Below the pieces are notes generated by a model, which saw nothing but the letters and a program-made list of their open reading frames with translations, did no database searches and had not been told where the DNA came from. A stretch of 64,000 nt of DNA, taken from assembly GCA_013151415.1 (NCBI GenBank), contig JAADII010000196.1:1969-65968 (forward strand), in the 5' to 3' direction. The stretch is from Chloroflexota bacterium (GTDB taxonomy: Bacteria; Chloroflexota; Anaerolineae; J102). Positions 56,641-64,000 of this stretch are shown here, one piece after another. Position 1 is the first letter of the stretch. Each line of letters opens with the position of its first letter. The position numbers and the translations under genes are program-made.

Positions 56641-56854
56641 TATACCCGTAGCCAACGCTGCGAACAAACGGAAGCTTCACCGGCGCGCGTTTTAAAAAGG
56701 CGTCGTTGTTTTTGCTTGCGTCGAACATGTGGCCGCGCTCTAGATGACGCGATGACGAGAAGCAATGGGAGTCTGCATTCCCAAACCTGGTTGGACAGAA
56801 AAGCGCGGCAAATGGTAAAGTAGTCATCTACCGTTCACTCATATTGCATCCGCC

Positions 56855-57550
56855 ATGACTCGGGAGCCAGATCGTCAATTACTGCGGAAGAGATTGCGCG
56901 CCGTCTCCTATTTTCAGGGGTTGGACGTCGCCGCTTTGGATGCATTGGCCCAGGCCGCCATCTGGCGCACCTATGCGCCTGGCGCGGTCATATTCTTGGA
57001 GGGCGAGGCGTCGGCTAATCTCTATTTCCTGGCCGAGGGATGGATCAAGGTGGTGAAAACGTCGCCCGAAGGGCGCGAACAAGTGTTGCGTTTTTTGGGG
57101 CCGGGCGAAATTTTCAACGAAGTGGGCGTGTTGGCTCATCGACCCAATCCCGCAACGGCCATTGCTTTGGAACATTCCAAACTGTGGCTTCTCCCGCGCG
57201 ATTCGGTGCGGGCCATGCTGCTCGAACGTCCTGAAGCCATGCTGCAAGTGGTGGAGAACATGGCTGATCGGCTGGTGGAAATGGTGGGTTTGGTGACTGA
57301 TCTCTCATTGCGTTCGGTTGAGGCGCGGCTGGCGCGGTTGCTGTTGGAATCATCGGATGAAACGGGCGTCATGCCAAGACGGCGATGGTCCACTCAAGCC
57401 GAACTCGCGGCTCGCTTGGGCACGGTTCCCGATGTGCTCAGCCGCGCGTTGCGTCGGTTGGTGGACGCAGGCATTGTTCATGTCGAGCGTCGCCAAATTC
57501 GGATCCTCGACCGTGAACGATTGAAAGAGCGGGCCCAGTTGGCGAATTGA
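56855..57550 (+). CDS. Crp/Fnr-family transcriptional regulator (no cysteines)
   Basis: IFLEGE, GREQVL..LGPGEIFNE, SVEARLA, HTH TQAELAARLGTVPDVLSRAL. Confidence 0.92.
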   Translation: MTREPDRQLLRKRLRAVSYFQGLDVAALDALAQAAIWRTYAPGAVIFLEGEASANLYFLAEGWIKVVKTSPEGREQVLRFLGPGEIFNEVGVLAHRPNPATAIALEHSKLWLLPRDSVRAMLLERPEAMLQVVENMADRLVEMVGLVTDLSLRSVEARLARLLLESSDETGVMPRRRWSTQAELAARLGTVPDVLSRALRRLVDAGIVHVERRQIRILDRERLKERAQLAN

Positions 57551-57560
57551 AAAAAAGAAT

Positions 57561-57603
57561 TTCGACAAAAGTCGAAGACAGCGGGGCGAGAGGGGGCTAT
57601 AAT
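57561..57603 (+). promoter_or_regulatory. Class II-type Crp/Fnr-activated promoter
   Basis: Palindrome TTCGAC-AAAA-GTCGAA (57561-57576) and TATAAT (57598-57603), with no recognisable -35. Confidence 0.75.
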
Positions 57604-57653
57604 GTGGGGGAAAAATGATATCAAATTCAAATTCCTCTCAAGGAAATCTCACC

Positions 57654-57980
57654 ATGTCTCTCGATCTTGCATCTCAAGCAATTCACTACTCTGATCTCAA
57701 AGAGCAGGTTGCCTTCTCTGATCTCGGCCCCAACCCCCAGTTTTTGGTGGATAGCGAACATTTCAAGGTTGTGCTGGCCGGATTGGAAAGCGGCCAGGCC
57801 ATTCCGTCTCATCCCGAATCTATGGCGATCTATTACTTTATCGAAGGCGAGGGGGTGATGACAGTGAATGATCAAGAGTTTCCGGTGCAGTCGGGCAGCG
57901 CGATCATCACTTTGGCCGGAGCCCATCGCGGGCTGCGCGCTCATACGCGACTCATCTTTCTTGCTGCAAAAAGTGTATAA
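57654..57980 (+). CDS. Cupin-domain protein
   Basis: LESGQAIPSHPE..AIYYFIEGEG.MTV..QEFPVQSG, GAHRGL; SD AAGGA. Confidence 0.85.
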   Translation: MSLDLASQAIHYSDLKEQVAFSDLGPNPQFLVDSEHFKVVLAGLESGQAIPSHPESMAIYYFIEGEGVMTVNDQEFPVQSGSAIITLAGAHRGLRAHTRLIFLAAKSV

Positions 57981-58007
57981 CCCTGATTCGAACAAGGAGG
58001 TTGCATC

Positions 58008-59198
58008 ATGACCAATCCCTATTTTTTCATGGCTGTTGTTTATTTGCTCGTTGGTTTGGCGGCCGCGGCTGAGATGGCGCTGGTGGGTTTTGGCGTTGTC
58101 CCCGGTTTTAGCGGCGTCAATTGGTTTCGCGTGCATTTCATCACCTTGGGCGTCGTCACCGAAACGCTGTTCGGCTTGTTGCCTCGGCTGCAGGCCGCGC
58201 GCCTGGGGTTGCCCCGCCCGAAAACGCGTCTCGCCACCTGGCTCACCCTCAATGTGGGCCTGATTGCGCTCATTGCGGGCATCTTCGTCATCAATAAATC
58301 CATGATTCTTGTCGGCGGAACCTTGATCTTCGTCGCGGCCCTCTTGCTCATCCAGGAGCTCACGCAAATGTCGAATCAGAGCGGCGACGCGGCGGGGCAG
58401 GGACGTCGCTTTTATATCGTGGGCCTGCTTTATCTGCTTTTGGGCGTCATCATTGGCACAGGCTACTGGTTGGGATGGAGCGGACCGCTGCGCATAGTCG
58501 TCCCCATCGAGGCGCATATCCATGCCAACAACTGGGGTTTCCTATCCCTTGTGTTTGCCGGTCTGCTCGTTGATATGGCTCCCCGACTCACCGGCAAGCC
58601 CCTGGCATCCGATAAAGCCATCTCCTTTATTTTCTGGGGAATGACATTGGGCGCGGCCGGGTTGGTCGCGGGACCCTGGCTAGGCGGCAATCTCGTTGTC
58701 ACGGTTCCGGGTCTCATCCTCCATATCGCCGCGACGGTGAGTTTGGTCGTGGTCCTGATCCGCTCGCTCAAGAACGCCCATCTGACCAACACGCCCGGCG
58801 CCTGGCATCTCATTCTTTCCTATCTCTGGATCTTGCTTCCCGTGGCCATGGCCCCCATTGTGATTCTGAAAATCGGCGGGATAGCGGGCGCGCCTGTTGA
58901 AGCCACTGCGCCGCAAGCCCTCATCTATGGATGGGTGTTGCAATTCGCGTTCGCATTCATCCCTTATTTCATGGGGCGCTACTGGCTTCACGATGAACAG
59001 CCTCGATTAGGCGGCGGCTGGTTGAGCGTGGCCTTCGTCAACATTGGCAGTCTGTTCATCTGGCTGAGCATCTTCATCGAACCGATGCGCAATGTATTCC
59101 AGGGCGCGGCCTATGTTTTCTATGTCGTAGCCATTATTCCGGTGGCGTGGGCGCTGGTGAAACAAGTTCAACAAGACATGCACCTCGTCGAAGCATGA
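58008..59198 (+). CDS. Multi-TM membrane protein with intramembrane His motifs (NnrS-like / heme-copper oxidase-subunit-I-like)
   Basis: About 12 TM helices; RVHFITLG and EAHIHANNWG motifs; SD AAGGAGG. Confidence 0.55.
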   Translation: MTNPYFFMAVVYLLVGLAAAAEMALVGFGVVPGFSGVNWFRVHFITLGVVTETLFGLLPRLQAARLGLPRPKTRLATWLTLNVGLIALIAGIFVINKSMILVGGTLIFVAALLLIQELTQMSNQSGDAAGQGRRFYIVGLLYLLLGVIIGTGYWLGWSGPLRIVVPIEAHIHANNWGFLSLVFAGLLVDMAPRLTGKPLASDKAISFIFWGMTLGAAGLVAGPWLGGNLVVTVPGLILHIAATVSLVVVLIRSLKNAHLTNTPGAWHLILSYLWILLPVAMAPIVILKIGGIAGAPVEATAPQALIYGWVLQFAFAFIPYFMGRYWLHDEQPRLGGGWLSVAFVNIGSLFIWLSIFIEPMRNVFQGAAYVFYVVAIIPVAWALVKQVQQDMHLVEA

Positions 59199-59212
59199 CG
59201 CCTCCTCTCCTT

Positions 59213-59259
59213 GCGAAAACGCAACGCGCGCCGCGATGGCGATGGCGTTGCGTTTTCGC
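59213..59259 (+). terminator. 15-bp stem-loop after the membrane protein gene
   Basis: GCGAAAACGCAACGC / 17 nt / GCGTTGCGTTTTCGC. Confidence 0.65.
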
Positions 59260-59536
59260 GTCTGCGCTGCGTGGTCTTCATTTCCGTGCGCGTTTGCGAT
59301 TCCGATTGCGGCCAGAGACGCCCAATGTAATGTTGATTAACAGAATTGTAAGTCAGTTGAAAGTCTCGAACCTTGAATCATTCCGGACGCCCCATTACAC
59401 TATACAATGAATCCCCTTATCCTTAATTTATCTTTCTTTGATGGACTTACCCCCCTCATAAGCCAGCTGCATTCCGCGGCCTAACCTCGCCGCCCACGGG
59501 CACTGGAATAAGCGTCCAACAAGAATGGAGGAAATC

Positions 59537-60007
59537 ATGTCTAGCAAAGGCGCCAATGGCCACAGTCACACCAACAATCACGATCTGCGCAGCAAGCTGA
59601 TGCAACTCAATTGGCTGCAACATCGATTTTTCGCGCAACAACTTTCGGAGCTAGGTCTTACAGTGCCCCAGTATTTTGTGTTAAGCACGTTGCTTGATCT
59701 GGGCGGCCGAAGCTCCATGGGTGAGCTTTCGCGCAAGACGCATCAGGTGTCGGCCACCATGACCGGCATTGTCGACCGGTTGGTGCGCGACGGCCTGGTG
59801 GAGCGCGTGCGCGGCGAGCAAGATCGTCGTTTGGTCATCGTTGAAATCACGCCGGCGGGCCGCGAGCTGGTTGAGAAAGCAGGAAAGCTTGCCTGGGAAT
59901 CCATGGGCGGCGTATTGGAGACCCTTTCGCCTCGCGAGCAAGAAGTTGCCGAAAAAGTCATCGATTCGTTGGTGGCCGAGATCGAGTTGCAAGAAAGTCG
60001 AGCTTGA
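59537..60007 (+). CDS. MarR-family transcriptional regulator
   Basis: LGLTVPQY.VL, MGELS, SATMTGIVDRLVRDGLVER....DRR.V.V.IT..G; SD GGAGG. Confidence 0.92.
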   Translation: MSSKGANGHSHTNNHDLRSKLMQLNWLQHRFFAQQLSELGLTVPQYFVLSTLLDLGGRSSMGELSRKTHQVSATMTGIVDRLVRDGLVERVRGEQDRRLVIVEITPAGRELVEKAGKLAWESMGGVLETLSPREQEVAEKVIDSLVAEIELQESRA

Positions 60008-60034
60008 TCGCGTCGCATTTCCAGGTGGTTTTAA

Positions 60035-60064
60035 AAAATCCCCTCCGTTTACGGAGGGGATTTT
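60035..60064. terminator. Probable bidirectional terminator between marR and rdgB
   Basis: AAAATCCCCTCCGT / ACGGAGGGGATTTT. Confidence 0.8.
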
Positions 60065-60100
60065 GCATTGGCGGGCTATGTTAGAAAGAAACCCTATGGA

Positions 60101-60694
60101 TTAAAGCCATTGCGCCAACAAGCGTCGCGCGCGGCGGGCTGCCTTGCCGCGATGACTGATGGCGTGCTTCTCTTCAGAGGTCATCTCAGCATAAGTTCGC
60201 CCAAGTTCAGGAACATAAAACACGGGATCGTAGCCAAAACCGCCCGCGCCTCGCGGCGCGTCCAGAATTACGCCGCGAGTTGCGGCCTGGGCCGTCATGA
60301 CTTCGCCATCCGGGGTGGCGATGGCCACAACACAGTGAAAGGCCGCGCCGCGTTCATCGGGGGGGACATTTTGCAAGCGCGCCAATAAGATGTCGATGCG
60401 ATCCTCGTCGGTGGCGTTTGGCCCTGCATGCCGGGCGGACGCCACGCCCGGCCATCCTTGTAGTGCATCCACTGCAAGGCCGCTGTCATCGGCCCAGGTG
60501 AGCAATCCGCTAAGCCGGGCGTATGTGGTCGCCTTTAAGATGGCGTTTTCTTCGAACGTCGCTCCGGTCTCCTCCACCTCCTCTTCAATGCCCTCCGCGT
60601 CCAACCAGGTCACGTCTAGAGGGAGATCGGCCAGCAGTTCTTCGTATTCTCGCGCTTTGCCAGGGTTGCGCGTGGCGATGAGCAGTTTGGTCAT
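60101..60694 (-). CDS. rdgB: RdgB/HAM1 non-canonical purine NTP pyrophosphatase
   Basis: IATRNPGKARE, EETGATFEENAILKA, ADDSGL, GFGYDPVF, AISHRGKA. Confidence 0.95.
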   Translation of the reverse strand: MTKLLIATRNPGKAREYEELLADLPLDVTWLDAEGIEEEVEETGATFEENAILKATTYARLSGLLTWADDSGLAVDALQGWPGVASARHAGPNATDEDRIDILLARLQNVPPDERGAAFHCVVAIATPDGEVMTAQAATRGVILDAPRGAGGFGYDPVFYVPELGRTYAEMTSEEKHAISHRGKAARRARRLLAQWL

Positions 60695-60701
60695 AAGAGG
60701 A

Positions 60702-61058
60702 TCATGATTTGATTTCAATGCGAAGCTGGTCTCCGGGTTGCGCGCCCACGCGCTCAGCCATGCCCGCAGGCGTTTCAATGACATAGCGCGCCTGACGACG
60801 GGGCCTTCCCACGCGCCAGGGCTTCATTGCATGATCGATGTCTACAATGCGATGGTCCGCATCGACATAAATGACATCGATGGGAATGGACATAAACATG
60901 CAATGCACGCTGTTGCAAGGCATGATAAGCAATCCATCGCCATCTGGCAACTCGCGAACGCCTATGAGACCTTTCAATCGCGACCAAAATGTGTCGGCCA
61001 CGCGACCGCGTTCGACCAATGTGGCCTTGCGGGTGAGATCAACGACGCGTAATGTCAT
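60702..61058 (-). CDS. DUF192-family protein
   Basis: VADTFWSRLKGL, CNSVHCMFMSIPIDVIY, YVIETPAG. Confidence 0.88.
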   Translation of the reverse strand: MTLRVVDLTRKATLVERGRVADTFWSRLKGLIGVRELPDGDGLLIMPCNSVHCMFMSIPIDVIYVDADHRIVDIDHAMKPWRVGRPRRQARYVIETPAGMAERVGAQPGDQLRIEIKS

Positions 61059-61061
61059 GCA

Positions 61062-62531
61062 TTATCCCTTCCATGATGTTGTATATCCGGCCGCGCCAAA
61101 CACATTGGGCGGCAGGTGAAGTCCGGCGGCCTCGATGCGATCGATCGCGCGCGGGCGCAATCCTGTTGGCTCCAAACGGCCTATTACGCGACCTTTATCG
61201 TCGATGCCCGTCTGCTTGAAGACGAAGATGTCTTGCATAACGATCATGTCGCCCTCCATGCCGAGCACTTCCGAACATTGCACCACGCGTCGCGAACCGT
61301 CGCGCAGCCGTTCGACATGAACGATGAGATCGATGGCCGATGCGATCTGTTGACGAATGGCCCGCAGCGGCAAGTCCATGCCCGCCATGAGCGTCATGGT
61401 CTCGATGCGGCTCAGCGTGTCGCGCGGGCTGTTCGAGTGAGCGGTGGTGATGGAGCCGTCGTGCCCTGTGTTCATTGCCTGGAGCATGTCCAACGCTTCG
61501 CCGCCGCGCACCTCGCCCACGACAATGCGATCAGGACGCATGCGCAAACTGTTGATGACCAGGTCGCGAATCGTGACGGCCCCCTTGCCCTCGATGTTGG
61601 GCGGCCGCGCCTCCAGGCGCACCACATGATCCTGGTTCAATTGCAACTCGGCCGCATCTTCGATGGTGATGATGCGCTCGTCAGAAGGAATATAAGATGA
61701 AAGCACATTGAGCAGCGTGGTTTTGCCCGAGCCGGTCCCGCCGCTGACAATAATGTTTAAGCGGGCCACCACGGCCGCTTCGATGAACTGGGCGAATTCG
61801 GGTGTGAGCGAGCCATTGGCGATGAGATCATCGATGGTGAGAGGCGTCTTTTTGAATTTACGAATGGTGATGCACGGCCCCACCAATGAAAGGGGCGGAA
61901 TAATGGCGTTTACGCGCGAGCCGTCGGGCAGGCGGGCGTCCACCATAGGCGAGGATTCGTCGATGCGTCGGCCAAGCGGCGCGACAATGCGCTCGATCAC
62001 GCGCATGACATGATCATCGTCCGCAAATTTGACGTCCGTGAGCATCAGACGGCCCTGATATTCCACATAGACCCGATTGGGCCCATTGACCATCACCTCA
62101 TTGATATCGTCGCGGTTGAGCAACGGCTGGATGGGTCCATAGCCCAGGATGTCATCCATGATGAGATTCATCATCAGCTCGCGCTCATTGCGACTAACGG
62201 CCAGGTTGGCTTCGAGCAAGGCCTCGTTGAACACAGGCAATATCTCGCGACGCAGCTCTGTGGGGTTCAAGGCTCTGGCCGGCGCTTTCATATCGTTCAC
62301 CAGGTGCTGTTGCACCTTGCGCCGAACCGCGGCAAATTCAGGTGGAGGCTTATAGCCGCCGGTGGTGGTGAAAAGCGGTTCCGGTTCCACCTCGGGCAAG
62401 TCTGGCTTTGGGTCGTCGTCACCCGACGCCAATGTCGTTTGCGTCGCGGCCATGACCCCTTCCGCGGCCTCGCCATGATTATTGCTCGCCGGTTTTGGCG
62501 CACGTTTGCTAAAGAGCGACATGTTGATCAC
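61062..62531 (-). CDS. cpaF: CpaF/TadA pilus-assembly ATPase
   Basis: [62 protein letters not shown]. Confidence 0.93.
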   Translation of the reverse strand: MINMSLFSKRAPKPASNNHGEAAEGVMAATQTTLASGDDDPKPDLPEVEPEPLFTTTGGYKPPPEFAAVRRKVQQHLVNDMKAPARALNPTELRREILPVFNEALLEANLAVSRNERELMMNLIMDDILGYGPIQPLLNRDDINEVMVNGPNRVYVEYQGRLMLTDVKFADDDHVMRVIERIVAPLGRRIDESSPMVDARLPDGSRVNAIIPPLSLVGPCITIRKFKKTPLTIDDLIANGSLTPEFAQFIEAAVVARLNIIVSGGTGSGKTTLLNVLSSYIPSDERIITIEDAAELQLNQDHVVRLEARPPNIEGKGAVTIRDLVINSLRMRPDRIVVGEVRGGEALDMLQAMNTGHDGSITTAHSNSPRDTLSRIETMTLMAGMDLPLRAIRQQIASAIDLIVHVERLRDGSRRVVQCSEVLGMEGDMIVMQDIFVFKQTGIDDKGRVIGRLEPTGLRPRAIDRIEAAGLHLPPNVFGAAGYTTSWKG

Positions 62532-62555
62532 CTCCGTGATGGCGAACCCAGACAG

Positions 62556-64000
62556 CTACTTGAGCCATACCGGGTCCCAGTCGTTGTATTCATTGCGGCT
62601 TATATTGCGTTGTTCGCTGCCATCTGCATTCATCACCCATATCTGCAAACGTCCTGTGATGCGGTTTGAGTAGAAGGCGATGCGTTGCGAATCGGGCGAC
62701 CAGGTGGGATGTTTATCCCATTCCCAGGTGTTGAACGTAAGTTGCGTGGGTTCGGCGCCGTCGGTGCGAATTTTCCAAATCTCGTCGTTGCCGGTGACGT
62801 TGGAAACAAAGGCGATCCATTCATTGTTTGGAGCCCAAACAGGATCATATTCGAAACTCGAACCCCAATCGGTTAGACGAAAGCGGCGCTCCCAGGTGGG
62901 GGGGAGGTCGTCGCGGAAGATATAGATCTCGGTGTCTTCTCGGTTGGCCTCGCGCGCGGCTTCGGCGTAAACGCGAGTGGTGCCATCGGGCGAGCGCCGT
63001 TCTTTCTCGCGTAGCTCTTTGTATTTCTCCATATCTTCATCGCTCAGACGACGCACGCCCCGCCCATCCGGACGCATGACATAGAGACCGGTTCCGCCGT
63101 CGCGGTCACTGAGAAACGCGATCCAGCCTTTGAACCACCGAATGGGCCAAGGCGTGGGCGTGGGGCCGGGCGTGGGTGAAGGCGATGGCGGGGTGGGCGT
63201 GGGGGTGGGCGTGGGCGTGGGCGAAGGCGTAAGGTAGATGGCGATGGCTTCGATGCGCAAGGACGCTTCGGTGCTGGCGTCGGGCAAAGGCATTTCTCCG
63301 GCCTTCTTATAATATGTGATGGCCTCCATGCGCTCTCCCCGTTGCATGGCTTCATCGCCGAGTTGCATATAAATATTGAAGATCTGCTGAGCCAGATAGC
63401 CATCCATATAGTCGGGCTGTTGTTCGTATAAAGGAAGCCATACATCCAGTGCGGTTTGCGGCTCCCCCTCTTCCAGCGCGATCAGCCCCTTTTCGAATTG
63501 TTCCAGGTTTTGGATCTCCCGACGGATTTCCGCGTCGCCTGGTCGTAATGCCAACGCCTTTCGCAAGTTGTCGAGCACAGGGGCGATGTCGGGCGCTCCC
63601 TCTGTGCGCAAAGATTTGGAGAGGATGAACTGGGCGTAGCGTCGATAGGCGTCGAATAGACGTTGCTCGACGATCTCGGCCCGGTAATCTCCGGCTGTGC
63701 GGCGCAGTTCTTTGTAAAGATCAATGGCTTCCTCCCAATCTTCGGCTCCATACGCGGATTCGGCCTGGTAGAAAAGATTTTGCGCCTTCAGTATCTCCTT
63801 CACTTTGGCGATGTCGTCTGAAACGTCTCTATAGCCCGGATGCTTCTCCTCTAAATGCATGTAGAGGGAAAGCGCAGTGGAATAGTCGCCCTGTTCGAAC
63901 GCGGCCCCGGCTTTTTCATACATTTGGCGCGCATCCAGTTGCTCTTCGGCATATTCTTTCCCCTTCAGCGCGGCCTCGTTTTCGGGATCCAACGCCAACA
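62556..64000 (-). CDS. TPR + Pro/Thr linker + TolB/PD40 beta-propeller protein; 5' end lies beyond the window
   Basis: TPR repeats, TPSPTPTP linker, PD40 motifs (DPVWAP, HPTWSPD, IWVMNADGSEQRNIS); frame is open to the window edge. Confidence 0.8.
   Translation of the reverse strand, partial: LALDPENEAALKGKEYAEEQLDARQMYEKAGAAFEQGDYSTALSLYMHLEEKHPGYRDVSDDIAKVKEILKAQNLFYQAESAYGAEDWEEAIDLYKELRRTAGDYRAEIVEQRLFDAYRRYAQFILSKSLRTEGAPDIAPVLDNLRKALALRPGDAEIRREIQNLEQFEKGLIALEEGEPQTALDVWLPLYEQQPDYMDGYLAQQIFNIYMQLGDEAMQRGERMEAITYYKKAGEMPLPDASTEASLRIEAIAIYLTPSPTPTPTPTPTPPSPSPTPGPTPTPWPIRWFKGWIAFLSDRDGGTGLYVMRPDGRGVRRLSDEDMEKYKELREKERRSPDGTTRVYAEAAREANREDTEIYIFRDDLPPTWERRFRLTDWGSSFEYDPVWAPNNEWIAFVSNVTGNDEIWKIRTDGAEPTQLTFNTWEWDKHPTWSPDSQRIAFYSNRITGRLQIWVMNADGSEQRNISRNEYNDWDPVWLK

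Noticed and set aside
52409-56823. Long plus-strand ORFs (52409-53848, 55267-56823)
   Set aside because: Antisense shadows of sbcD and herA, which carry clear catalytic motifs.

Overview
A 64-kb, GC-rich, gene-dense bacterial chromosomal segment. The gene content (Pro/Thr-linker lipoproteins, split BY-kinase, HerA, very large family-5 SBP, FemX-like and Slt proteins) suggests a Chloroflexota genome of the Anaerolineae/Caldilineae type; this is inference. Most of it is housekeeping: rsfS, an rmlA/rmlB-EPS cluster, an Opp/Dpp ABC system, fabF/fabH, glgP, comEA, two CAT-anticodon tRNAs, rdgB and cpaF. There are two toxin-antitoxin pairs (PIN and MNT-HEPN). No CRISPR array, integrase or transposase was seen. 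Best leads: (1) a LacI-controlled sugar ABC operon (45416-52678) carrying the exact actinobacterial CelR/CebR operator TGGGAGCGCTCCCA twice plus a variant, one copy inside a perfect 30-bp palindrome, and encoding a secreted protein with two tandem CBM-like domains and an unclassified (alpha/alpha)-barrel-like domain; (2) a Cys-free Crp/Fnr regulator with a TTCGAC-N4-GTCGAA site at about -41.5 upstream of a cupin and a His-motif membrane protein; (3) a PerR-like regulator with 7-1-7 boxes ahead of a P1B-4 ATPase; (4) a three-domain papain-like protease; (5) herA-mre11 interrupted by an MNT-HEPN module; (6) a dispersed 8-bp-unit intergenic repeat family; (7) a 41-aa ORF absent from the ORF track. 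All product calls come from motif recognition by eye; no database searches were run.
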